Origin: Anaerolineales bacterium
GTDB lineage: Bacteria > Chloroflexota > Anaerolineae > Anaerolineales > UBA11579
Reading direction: 5' to 3'
Length of the DNA: 64,000 nt
Assembly (NCBI GenBank): GCA_035446285.1
Contig: DAOMSJ010000001.1
Span: forward strand, 298,796 to 362,795
In this document: positions 19,438 to 28,208 of the stretch, piece after piece
Position numbering within the stretch: position 1 is the stretch's first letter
Layout: each line of letters starts with the position of its first letter
Translations under genes and position numbers: made by a program
The notes under the pieces: model-generated
Databases searched by the model: none
The model's input: only the letters and a program-made list of their open reading frames with translations
Told to the model about the DNA's origin: nothing

Positions 19438-20151
19438 CTAGGAGTTTTCGCGGCTGCCCAGGGTGCGCTCCAGGATGTCATCCATCTCATTGGAGCCAGC
19501 CTTGGCCTTGCGCGCCTTGCTCGACTGGTTGGCCGATTGCACTTCCTGCGCCTTGCGCCAGGCGATTTCCATGGCGGTGGGGATGGGGGTGTTGTCCTCT
19601 TCCTCCACCGCTTCCACTTCCGGCTCAGGTTCGGCCAACAGGGCTTTGATGCTCAGCTTGATCTGCTTCTTGCGGCGGTCAACATCCAAGACCTTGACTT
19701 CGATCTCGTCGCCAACCTTCACAGCCTCATCAGCCGAGCGCACATAGTCATGCGACATTTCGCTGATGTGCACCAGACCGGGGCGCTCAGCGCCAACCTC
19801 AACAAACGCGCCAAACTTCTCCAGCTTGGTGACCGTGCCTTTGAGCACGCTGTCTTTCTTGATCTCGCGCCATTCCAGCAGCAGAGGCTGGATCAGGGTC
19901 AGCTCAATGTGGCCGTCATTACCGATGCGGCGCACCCAGGCTTCAACTTCATCGCCCTCTTTGAGCACTTCTTCCACCTTGCGGACAGGCTCTTTACGCA
20001 GTTGTGAAATAGGAATCACAGCCGGCTTGGCTTGGCCAATATCTACTACTGCGCCGGCCAAGGTGGCCTTAATCACTTTACCTTTAACAGGGTCTTTCTT
20101 TTTGAGGCCAGTCTCTTGAGCAGTGGCCCCTTCAATATTTGCTTCAGACAT
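19438..20151 (-). CDS. S1 RNA-binding domain protein (two S1 domains, charged C-terminal tail)
   Basis: 'GKVIKATLAGAVVDIG' and 'GTVTKLEKFGAFVEVGAERPGLVHISE...GDEIEVKVLDVDRRKKQIKLSIK' are S1/OB-fold signatures. Confidence 0.85.
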   Translation of the reverse strand: MSEANIEGATAQETGLKKKDPVKGKVIKATLAGAVVDIGQAKPAVIPISQLRKEPVRKVEEVLKEGDEVEAWVRRIGNDGHIELTLIQPLLLEWREIKKDSVLKGTVTKLEKFGAFVEVGAERPGLVHISEMSHDYVRSADEAVKVGDEIEVKVLDVDRRKKQIKLSIKALLAEPEPEVEAVEEEDNTPIPTAMEIAWRKAQEVQSANQSSKARKAKAGSNEMDDILERTLGSRENS

Positions 20152-20192
20152 TTTACAACTCCGGGCTTGTTACCGATTTCACAACAGACCCG

Positions 20193-20221
20193 ATTGTACC
20201 TGTCCCCTTAAGCTTTGTAAA
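20193..20221 (-). promoter_or_regulatory. candidate sigma-70-type promoter of the S1-domain gene
   Basis: The minus strand reads TTTACA (20221-20216), a 17-nt spacer, then TACAAT (20198-20193). GGAG lies 7 nt before the ATG at 20151. Confidence 0.55.
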
Positions 20222-20236
20222 GTCCGCCGCCAGCCA

Positions 20237-21454
20237 TCACTTGGCTGTGGGCACTTTTCCGCCGGGGCGAATAACGGCCGAGAGCACGATCGCTACCAGC
20301 AATGCAGCCAGCACAAACCAGCCAGTGATGCTGAACATGGAGAACACGCCCACTTTATCGATCAGCAGGCCGCACACATAGAAGCCCAACGCGGTGCCGA
20401 TGCCCATGAACATGGCCGAGAACAGACCTTGCGCCGTGGAGCTCAGACCGCGCGGCGCCATCTCGCCTACGAACTTGATACCGGCTACCCATAGCAGCGG
20501 ATAAGTGAGGCCGTGGAAGAGCTGGATCAGCAACACCTGGTCAGGCGTGCGCGTGTTGGCGTACATGAAACAGCGCAGCGCCATTGCCAGCAGCGCCACG
20601 TAGAGCGCGCCGCGGCTGCCCAGGCTGCGCAAGAACCAGTGTGAGGCCGCCATCACCGGCAGCTCGGACACGGTAGAGATCGTCACCGCCAGACCCACCA
20701 GCGCCACACCCGAAATGGCGAGCGGCAGCCATTGGCTGGTACCCGGCAGCGCCTGGATCAGCAGTGGGAAATAGTCGTGCGCGGTGGAGCCGATGCCGGC
20801 CACCAGCGCAATGCCGAGGAACAGCAGCCACTGCGGCTCACGCAGCAGGCGCCCCACCTGGGCAAAGTAGGTGCCGCGCTCGGGGTTCTCCTCAAAGCGC
20901 AGCGAGCGCAGGAACAGCAGGTTGACACTCATCAGCACGGCGAAGATCCAGAACATGTACACAAGGCCGATGTTCTCCAGCACCAAACCGACGATGGCAG
21001 TGACCATACCCCACGACACTGTGCCCCATACGCGCACACTGCCGTAGCGGTCTTTGTTGTTGCCCATCATATGGATGGTGGCGCTGTCGATCAGCGGTAG
21101 CGTGTGCGAAGTGAGCACAGAGATCAAGATCTGCACCGCAAAGATCGGCGCAAAGGCGCGCAGCACAGGAAAGAGCAAGTTAAGCCCGATCGCCGCCACC
21201 ACGCCCATCAGCAAGATGATGCGGTGGCGATTGGTGGCATCCGCCAGCCCGGCCCAAAACGGCTTGGCCGCCAGGCTGATGAGCGGGCTGATGCCAGTCA
21301 CCAGGCCGATCTGTTCACCGCTAAAGCCGAGTGACTGCAGATACAGCACAAAGAAGGGCGTAACGCAGGCCCAGGCCGCAAATATAAAAAAATAGCTCAG
21401 CGAGATCTGAGCGTACTCATTTTTAGGGGTAGACAGCGGTGTAGGTTTCAGCAC
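20237..21454 (-). CDS. MFS transporter
   Basis: 405 aa with about 12 hydrophobic segments and an N-terminal 'YFFIFAAWACVTPFFVLYLQSLGFSGEQIGLV...AKPFWAGLAD' MFS-like motif. GTG start. Confidence 0.8.
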   Translation of the reverse strand: MLKPTPLSTPKNEYAQISLSYFFIFAAWACVTPFFVLYLQSLGFSGEQIGLVTGISPLISLAAKPFWAGLADATNRHRIILLMGVVAAIGLNLLFPVLRAFAPIFAVQILISVLTSHTLPLIDSATIHMMGNNKDRYGSVRVWGTVSWGMVTAIVGLVLENIGLVYMFWIFAVLMSVNLLFLRSLRFEENPERGTYFAQVGRLLREPQWLLFLGIALVAGIGSTAHDYFPLLIQALPGTSQWLPLAISGVALVGLAVTISTVSELPVMAASHWFLRSLGSRGALYVALLAMALRCFMYANTRTPDQVLLIQLFHGLTYPLLWVAGIKFVGEMAPRGLSSTAQGLFSAMFMGIGTALGFYVCGLLIDKVGVFSMFSITGWFVLAALLVAIVLSAVIRPGGKVPTAK

Positions 21455-21508
21455 AAGTGAATTAACCCCGTGTTTTACTTTCGTTTCGCTTGGGTGGTGG
21501 GTTTGAGG

Positions 21509-22534
21509 CTAAAAGACCACAACCTGGGTGCCGCGGCCAGTGGCCTGACGCTGGTTGGGTTGGCTGGCCGGCGTCACCCAGCGATACAGCCAGGCGGCGT
21601 GTTCTGGGCGCATATTGATGCAGCCCTTGCTCATTGGCGCGCCGAAATTGTTGTGCCAATAGGCGCCGTGGATGGCATAGCCGCCCTCGGCGAAGAAGCA
21701 AGCCCACGGCACCCCGGGCAGGTAGCGGTCACCCAAAGTATCCGTCAGGCGGTTGTCACCCATGTACTGGCTGGGCATCTTGGCATACAGATTGAAGTTT
21801 CCGGTGGGCGTCTGCGTAGGCAGGCCAGTGGAGCTGGTGTTGCGCACACCGGAGGAGATGGGCACGCGCAGCACCACAGTGCCATTTTCAAAGGCGGTGA
21901 GCTGCTGCGCCAGCAGCGAGACCTCGACGCGTTTCTGTCCGGCGGGCACATCCGGGCTGAGGGGAGTCAGATCCTCGGCCGGGATGGGCTGCAGGTGCTC
22001 GGCCTTGGCGTAATACTGCACATTGGTCCACGACTCGGTGATCTCGTACCACGGTGAGCCATCTGGCCCGTCTACCTTGGCGGTGACCCAGTGCATGCTG
22101 TCAAAGTACAGCAGGAACTGGTTCTGCACCTGCCAACCGCCTTGCCGCGAGTAGGTATAGGGCTGGCTGATGGGCACACTGATGCGGCACAGCATGCCCT
22201 CGGTGGGCACTTCATTTACAGGCGTGTTGCTGATCTCTTCTACGATCTGCACAAAGCTGCTGTGCACATATCCATCGGCGATCTTGAACCAGGTGGGGTT
22301 ATAGGCCGGGCCGCTGAAAGGATGCAGAGCTTGCTCGATGTGCACCAGCTCATCACGAAACAGCGTGCGCAGCGAGCTCAGGTTGATGCGCGGTTGGGCG
22401 AAGACGCTCGAGTCGTAGGTGACGCGGCCGAGCAGCCCTGCCGCCTGTTGGCTGGGCGCAGGCAGACGCCCGGCAGCCAATGCCGCCAGCGAAAGCCCAC
22501 TGAGCTTGAGGAAATCTCGGCGCGAAAGTGCCAT
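21509..22534 (-). CDS. Tat-exported L,D-transpeptidase (YkuD domain)
   Basis: Twin-arginine signal 'SRRDFLKLSGLSLAALAAG'. The catalytic block is 'GYAIHGAYWHNNFGAPMSKGCINM'. Confidence 0.85.
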   Translation of the reverse strand: MALSRRDFLKLSGLSLAALAAGRLPAPSQQAAGLLGRVTYDSSVFAQPRINLSSLRTLFRDELVHIEQALHPFSGPAYNPTWFKIADGYVHSSFVQIVEEISNTPVNEVPTEGMLCRISVPISQPYTYSRQGGWQVQNQFLLYFDSMHWVTAKVDGPDGSPWYEITESWTNVQYYAKAEHLQPIPAEDLTPLSPDVPAGQKRVEVSLLAQQLTAFENGTVVLRVPISSGVRNTSSTGLPTQTPTGNFNLYAKMPSQYMGDNRLTDTLGDRYLPGVPWACFFAEGGYAIHGAYWHNNFGAPMSKGCINMRPEHAAWLYRWVTPASQPNQRQATGRGTQVVVF

Positions 22535-22658
22535 CTAATAATTCTATCGCCAAGCAGGTTGCTATAGGAAACAGATAACAGAGATTCGAGACCAGAGATT
22601 AATCTCCAATCTCCCAGTCTCTATCCTCCTCTCCCTTTCCAATAGTAAACTTAGCGCC

Positions 22659-24182
22659 ATGTTAGCCAGGGTCTACTCCTGCGCTGTGGTGGGTTTGGAT
22701 GGCGTAGTAGTAGAAGTAGAGGTGGATACACATCCTGGGCTCCCCAAAGTGGTCGTGGTGGGCTTGCCTGACGCGGCTATCCAGGAGAGCCGCGAGCGTG
22801 TTGCCTCGGCCATCAAGAATTCCGGCTTCGAATTCCCCCGCAACCACATCACCATCAACCTGGCTCCAGCCAGCGTGCGCAAAGCCGGCCCGGTGTATGA
22901 CCTGCCCATCGCCCTCGGCATCCTTGCCGCCAGCGGCCAGATCCCGGCCGCCGGGCTGCAGGGCTCGCTGACCCTGGGCGAGCTCTCGCTGGATGGCGCG
23001 GTGCGCCATGTGCGCGGCGTGCTGCCCATGGCGGCGCTGGCGCGACAGCAGGGCATGCGCACGCTGTACGTGCCCGCCGTGGATGCGGCCGAGGCAGCCC
23101 TGGTGCCGGATGTGGAGATCTTCCCCGTTGCTTCGCTCAGCCAACTCGCCGCTCACCTGCGCGGCGAGCACGCGCTGCACCCCTTCACCGCCGAGCCGCA
23201 CAGCACCGAAAGCGACGCGCCACCCGCGTATACCGACCTGCGCGAGGTCAAAGGCCAGGAGCAGGTCAAGCGCGCCCTCGAGGTGGCCGCGGCGGGCGGC
23301 CACAATCTGCTGATGAGCGGCGCACCGGGCGCGGGCAAGACGCTCATGGCGCGCGCCCTGCCCGGCATCCTGCCTGAGCTGAATTTAGACGAGGCGCTGG
23401 ATGTGACGCGCATCTATTCGGTCTCAGACAAGCTCAACGACAGCAGCCCGCTCATCCGCACGCGCCCGTTCCGCGCCCCGCACCACACCATCTCGCACGC
23501 TGGGCTGGTGGGCGGCGGCACCTGGCCGCAGCCCGGCGAAATCTCGCTGGCGCACCGCGGCGTGCTCTTCCTCGATGAGCTGGTGGAATTTGCGCCGCGC
23601 GTGCTGGAGGTGCTGCGCCAGCCCATCGAAGACAAGATCGTCACCATCAGCCGCGCTCAGGGTGCGCTGACTTTCCCCGCCAACTTTCAACTCGTCGGCG
23701 CCATGAACCCGTGCCCGTGTGGCTACTACGGTGACCCGTTGCGCGCCTGCACCTGCGCACCGGGCACGGTGACGCGCTACCAAAAGCGGCTCTCCGGCCC
23801 GCTGCTGGATCGTATCGACATCCACGTTGAAGTGCCACGTGTGGACTATGAGAAGCTCAGCGATGAACGCTTAGGCGAACCCTCCGCCGCCGTGCGGGCG
23901 CGTGTGGAGGCCGCCCGTCGCATCCAGCACACCCGCTTTGCAGGATTGCCCGCCCACACCAACGCCGATATGGGCGTGGCCGAGGTGCGCCGCTTCTGCG
24001 AGCTGGATGCCGATGGCCGCGCCCTGGTACGCGCCGCCATGGCGCAAATGCAGCTCACCGCACGCGCCTACCACCGCGTGCTCAAGCTGGCGCGCACCAT
24101 CGCCGACCTGGCGGGCGCGCAAAACGTAGCGCCCCAGCATTTGGCTGAGGCGCTACAGTACCGGGCACGGCTGGCCGTCTAG
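22659..24182 (+). CDS. comM: YifB/ComM family Mg-chelatase-like AAA+ ATPase
   Basis: N-terminal Lon-like 'VGLPDAAIQESRERV', Walker A 'GAPGAGKTLMA', 'GVLFLDELVEF', and a C-terminal Mg-chelatase subunit ChlI-like region. Confidence 0.9.
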   Translation: MLARVYSCAVVGLDGVVVEVEVDTHPGLPKVVVVGLPDAAIQESRERVASAIKNSGFEFPRNHITINLAPASVRKAGPVYDLPIALGILAASGQIPAAGLQGSLTLGELSLDGAVRHVRGVLPMAALARQQGMRTLYVPAVDAAEAALVPDVEIFPVASLSQLAAHLRGEHALHPFTAEPHSTESDAPPAYTDLREVKGQEQVKRALEVAAAGGHNLLMSGAPGAGKTLMARALPGILPELNLDEALDVTRIYSVSDKLNDSSPLIRTRPFRAPHHTISHAGLVGGGTWPQPGEISLAHRGVLFLDELVEFAPRVLEVLRQPIEDKIVTISRAQGALTFPANFQLVGAMNPCPCGYYGDPLRACTCAPGTVTRYQKRLSGPLLDRIDIHVEVPRVDYEKLSDERLGEPSAAVRARVEAARRIQHTRFAGLPAHTNADMGVAEVRRFCELDADGRALVRAAMAQMQLTARAYHRVLKLARTIADLAGAQNVAPQHLAEALQYRARLAV

Positions 24183-24207
24183 GCCACCAAGTGTGTAGGG
24201 CTGCTTT

Positions 24208-25809
24208 TTACTGGCTCACCACCAACCCAGTAGATTCAATGTACTCTTTACGCTCCTGCAAAAAGGTTCTTACGCTTTCAACTGCGGCAGCGTAGGTCTC
24301 TTCATCCACCAGGCTGCGCTCTGCGTTAGCAGCAAGTACTAAGCTGGCATATTCATCCACCTTCTCAACCAGAGCATCACTAGCAAAGACAGCATCGTAG
24401 ACCGCTTGCACATTGGCCTCATACAAGGCGCGGAAGGTGTCATTGGCAATGAAGCGGGTGAGCAGCGTGTTGCTGCCACCGCCCATTCCGCCGCCGCGTC
24501 CCATACCGCCACCAAAACCACCCTGCTGATTGGTTAGATCCAGGCTGTAGCTCACATTACCGCCTAGCTTGCTCAGGCTTTCATTGGTGTCCCACAGCAG
24601 CACTGTGATCTGCTCGGTCTGCTCCTCATAGTAGAGGTAGTAGTTGTTGTTCATACCCAACATGGAGTCGGTGTTAACCAACACGGCATTCACCGCCAGG
24701 TAATTGGCAAAACCCTCCACATCCAGGTACGTTGGCAGTTCGGCTTCAAAGGTTGCATCATCAGCCTCATCCAGAAAACGCATAAAATCAATCAACGGTT
24801 TCATATCGGCATCATTCACGCGCGTCTCTTGCGTAAAGCTGTTGGCATAGCTACTCGGCTCCTCACCTGAGTAGCTCAGGGTGGCGCCAACATCGGCCTT
24901 GTACAGCACACCCAGGGTGCCGGGGAAACGCTTGGCCAGGTAACTCTCATCCACCAGCTCAGAGACAACATACAGCCGCTCTGCTTCATCATTGAGGCTA
25001 AAGCCCGTAAAGACAGTCTCGGTGGCCGCCAGGCCAGCCAGGGTGGCGGCATAGTTGCTGATCGGCTCCTGCAGCATGGCTTCATCGTAGGAGGTGCCGT
25101 AATTGCGAACAGCAATGGCGCTGTAGCCTTGATAGGTTTGGCCATCCACATACTCATCGAACTTGATCATGAAGGGGATCTTGATCAGCTCTTCTGATAT
25201 CTGGCCGCGCCCCATCCCCATCCCACCCTCAAAGTTGCCTTGCATCCCGCCCTGCGGGAAGCCTCCAAAACCCTGGGCGCCTTCCCCCTCAGCGTCTTGA
25301 GGCGGCTCGAAGCCTGCGGGCGGCTGGAAACCGCCGCGCATACCTTCGGGTGCTTCGCCTTCGCCGAATGGCGGCAGCTCACCGCTTGGCAACTGCATGT
25401 CCCCTGGCGCCCCATCGGCAAGGGCGCCAAAACCTTCGCCGCCTCCGCCGCCTAGCGCGGTGCGCAGGGAAGCATTGCCGCGCAGGCGAATGCCCACATC
25501 ATTGATGCGCACGCCGTCAATGATCACATCGGCCTCAAAGTACTCCTTCAGCCCAGTTTCCTGATAGGTGGTGAGCATGCTCTCATAGTCCGCATCAGAC
25601 ATCAGCACCTGGATCTCGTGCACCACACCATCATCAAACAGGGCGACTGTGTTAGTTACATCATTCTCTCCGGCAGTTGACAACCGCGTAGACACCGATG
25701 TGGTGTAGGCAATCACGCGCTGGCTGCCCAGCACGAACACTAATGCTGCAGCCAAGATCGTCATCAGCACCAACAAGGGTATGTTACGTTTCAAGGTTAG
25801 GCTCATCAT
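24208..25809 (-). CDS. CotH-family atypical kinase, membrane-anchored/extracytoplasmic, with Gly-rich low-complexity inserts
   Basis: N-terminal TM 'IPLLVLMTILAAALVFVLG'. CotH blocks are 'IIDGVRINDVGIRLRGNASL', 'GTLGVLYKAD' and 'NNNYYLYYEE...LLWDTNESL'. Confidence 0.8.
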   Translation of the reverse strand: MMSLTLKRNIPLLVLMTILAAALVFVLGSQRVIAYTTSVSTRLSTAGENDVTNTVALFDDGVVHEIQVLMSDADYESMLTTYQETGLKEYFEADVIIDGVRINDVGIRLRGNASLRTALGGGGGEGFGALADGAPGDMQLPSGELPPFGEGEAPEGMRGGFQPPAGFEPPQDAEGEGAQGFGGFPQGGMQGNFEGGMGMGRGQISEELIKIPFMIKFDEYVDGQTYQGYSAIAVRNYGTSYDEAMLQEPISNYAATLAGLAATETVFTGFSLNDEAERLYVVSELVDESYLAKRFPGTLGVLYKADVGATLSYSGEEPSSYANSFTQETRVNDADMKPLIDFMRFLDEADDATFEAELPTYLDVEGFANYLAVNAVLVNTDSMLGMNNNYYLYYEEQTEQITVLLWDTNESLSKLGGNVSYSLDLTNQQGGFGGGMGRGGGMGGGSNTLLTRFIANDTFRALYEANVQAVYDAVFASDALVEKVDEYASLVLAANAERSLVDEETYAAAVESVRTFLQERKEYIESTGLVVSQ

Positions 25810-25820
25810 GTGCTCCTTCT

Positions 25821-25867
25821 CACAGGCGGGCGGTCAAGGCAACTTTTCCTTGGCCGCCCTGCCTGTG
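25821..25867 (-). promoter_or_regulatory. intercistronic stem-loop just upstream of the CotH ribosome-binding site
   Basis: cacaggcgggcggtcaagg (25821-25839) pairs with cttggccgccctgcctgtg (25849-25867), with one bulge and one mismatch. On the mRNA it ends 3 nt before AAGGAG. There is no U-tract. Confidence 0.45.
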
Positions 25868-25875
25868 CTCATTGT

Positions 25876-26556
25876 CTAGAGATCAGTGGTGTTGTAGCCA
25901 GCAATCAAGGAGATCTTGTTGTCTTCATTGAGCTTACGCAGCTCAGACACAAATTCCTCGACGCGGTTGGACTTCTTTAACCCTACGCTATAGGTCAGCT
26001 CAGTCAGTTTGCCGTTGTTGACAGTGTCAACGCTGATTAGCTCAGCGCTGTGGGTGTACTTCAAGAACAACGCGTCAAACAGCTTGTCAAACGCCGCACC
26101 GCTGGGCACCTGAATGCGGAGGATCTGCCCGGCGGCTTCACGCGCAAACCAGTTGAAGCGCATCATCATCACCACCACCAGGCTGATAATTACAGCAGCC
26201 ACAATGGCGAGCAGATAGAAGCGCGTACCGATAGCCATACCAATGGCCATGGTGAAGAAGATGAAGCCAACATCGCGCGTTTCCTTGACCGCATTGCGGA
26301 AGCGGATGATGGAAAGCGCGCCGACCAGGGAGAAGGCCCGCGCAATGTTCGACCCAACCACCATCATCACCAGCGCCACCACCATGCCATTGAGCACTAG
26401 TGTGAAAACGAAGCTTTGCGTGTACGAGGTGCCGCGGTGGGTAAGTTTGTAGATCCAACCGATAAAGGCGCTCAGCACAAAGCTAAGAACGAGCACCAGA
26501 GTGACATCCAACACGGAGAATTCTCCGGTCAGGTCTTGAAAATTGAAGATATCCAT
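25876..26556 (-). CDS. DUF4956-type membrane protein
   Basis: Four or five TM segments with the family hallmark 'ARAFSLVGALSIIRFRNAVKETRDVGFIFFTMAIGMAIG', plus a soluble C-terminal domain. Confidence 0.8.
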   Translation of the reverse strand: MDIFNFQDLTGEFSVLDVTLVLVLSFVLSAFIGWIYKLTHRGTSYTQSFVFTLVLNGMVVALVMMVVGSNIARAFSLVGALSIIRFRNAVKETRDVGFIFFTMAIGMAIGTRFYLLAIVAAVIISLVVVMMMRFNWFAREAAGQILRIQVPSGAAFDKLFDALFLKYTHSAELISVDTVNNGKLTELTYSVGLKKSNRVEEFVSELRKLNEDNKISLIAGYNTTDL

Positions 26557-26578
26557 TGTGTGTTACTCCTTCGTTTGA

Positions 26579-27346
26579 TTAGTGCGCAGCGAGCGCAAGT
26601 TGGGGGAAGGCCGGCACGTTGGCATTGGCCAGATCAATGCTGCGGCAGTACTTGCTTACACGCACAGTTTTGAGATTGTGTGCGGCGATCATGTCGGCCA
26701 GCCAGTACGGCAGGCGCTCATTCACTTTGATTTCCATCACGGCACGGTTGGGCGAGAGCATTGGCAGCGTGGCGGCATCCTGCAGGCGCAACTGGTGCAC
26801 CTGGTAGCCCAGCTGTGTGTCAAAGGTGACGCGCAGCCCCAGGTCATACTCAGCGCCCATAAAGGCCTGGCGTTGGTAGCGCACAATGCTCACGGGGTGC
26901 AGGTTGTACTCCCACAGATACGAGTACACCTCTGACACCACAGCTTCATCTTCGGCGGCCACGGTACTGGGCAGCTCACGCCGGTTACACAACGCCAGTG
27001 CTTCGCCATAGGGCATGAGTACGCGCCGCTTCTGCGTGACGCGGTCAAGGCGCTGCTTGATCTCTACGAAAACAGGGGTGGCCGCGGTAAGCACAGTGTT
27101 GTCTTCATAACGGCGGATGCGCAGCTTGCGGCGGAAGCGAATGCCATCCACCTTTTCCCAATAGCAGCGCAAATCCGGCGAGTCGTAATACAGGCTGGAG
27201 AGCCCATAGCTACCCATGCTGTGCTCATCCGCTTGTAGGTACTTGCGCAAGGCGGCCTTGAAAACTTCGGCTTGGCGCAAGCTAACCAAGTACTTGAGCT
27301 CAAAACGGTTGAAACGACGAATGGTGTGACTGAGATTTTTGGCCAT
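26579..27346 (-). CDS. VTC-domain (polyphosphate polymerase-like, triphosphate-tunnel fold) protein
   Basis: 'RFNRFELKYLV', 'LSSLYYDSPDLRCYWEKVDGIRFRRKLRIRRYE' and 'AVMEIKVNERLPYWL' match bacterial VTC-domain proteins. Confidence 0.8.
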   Translation of the reverse strand: MAKNLSHTIRRFNRFELKYLVSLRQAEVFKAALRKYLQADEHSMGSYGLSSLYYDSPDLRCYWEKVDGIRFRRKLRIRRYEDNTVLTAATPVFVEIKQRLDRVTQKRRVLMPYGEALALCNRRELPSTVAAEDEAVVSEVYSYLWEYNLHPVSIVRYQRQAFMGAEYDLGLRVTFDTQLGYQVHQLRLQDAATLPMLSPNRAVMEIKVNERLPYWLADMIAAHNLKTVRVSKYCRSIDLANANVPAFPQLALAAH

Positions 27347-27391
27347 ACTTTTTTCCTAAACAAGTTGATGGCCGTAGTCTAAAAAACAGCC

Positions 27392-27463
27392 CTGTGAGAT
27401 GGCTGAAAACCTGCTGTGAATTGGCTGTGAGAGCACACAAACGAAGGCTCTGTGAATCTGCTG
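27392..27463. promoter_or_regulatory. phased CTGTGA-type direct repeats in the divergent VTC / response-regulator intergenic region
   Basis: CTGTGA occurs at 27392, 27414, 27425 and 27450. Three extended 14-mers are ctgtgagatggctg, ctgtgaattggctg and ctgtgaatctgctg. Two of the spacings are 22 and 11 bp. Confidence 0.45.
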
Positions 27464-27530
27464 AGAAACCCACTTTGCGCCTATACAGGTTGACGGGTTT
27501 CAAGCAAACTATCTATAAACGAGTGGACCT

Positions 27531-28208
27531 ATGCATACCGTATTGATCGTGGATGATGACCCTAAGCTGCTGAAGATGTTGCAGCGCACGCTGACCTATG
27601 AGACCCTCAACGTGGTCACGGCGGCCAACGGCTTAGAGGCGCTGCCACTGGTGCAAACGCACAAACCCAACCTGATCATTGCTGATTGGATGATGCCCAA
27701 GATGAACGGCGTGACCTTTGTGCAGCGCCTGCGTGCCGAAGACAATAAAACGATGGTGCTGATGCTCACCGCGCGCGATGCCATCGAAGACCGCGTCATG
27801 GGCCTCGAGGGTGGCGCCGACGATTATCTGGCTAAGCCCTTTGCCCCCGCTGAGCTGGTGGCCCGCGTGCACGCCCTGCTGCGCCGCGTGCAAGCCGAAC
27901 CTCAAAACCAGCCAGCCAGCTATGCAGACATCACGCTCGACCCTGTGACGCGCCAGGCCCAACGCGGCGATACCGAGCTAAGCCTCACCCTGACCGAGTT
28001 CAACTTGCTGCACCTGCTGTTGCGCCACCCGCGCCAGGTGCTGGAACGCAGCCGCATTCTGAGTGAAATATGGGGCTACGATTTTGGCGGCAATGACAAT
28101 GTGCTTGAGATCTATATCGGCTACCTGCGCAAAAAGTTGGAAGCCGATGGCCGCCCGCGCCTCATCCAAACTGTGCGCGGCGTGGGCTACGTACTGCGCG
28201 AGGAATAA
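27531..28208 (+). CDS. OmpR/PhoB-family response regulator
   Basis: Receiver 'VLIVDDDPKLL...IIADWMMPKMNG...MLTARD...GADDYLAKPF'. The winged helix is 'LTEFNLLHLLLRHPRQVL...IYIGYLRKKLE'. Confidence 0.92.
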   Translation: MHTVLIVDDDPKLLKMLQRTLTYETLNVVTAANGLEALPLVQTHKPNLIIADWMMPKMNGVTFVQRLRAEDNKTMVLMLTARDAIEDRVMGLEGGADDYLAKPFAPAELVARVHALLRRVQAEPQNQPASYADITLDPVTRQAQRGDTELSLTLTEFNLLHLLLRHPRQVLERSRILSEIWGYDFGGNDNVLEIYIGYLRKKLEADGRPRLIQTVRGVGYVLREE

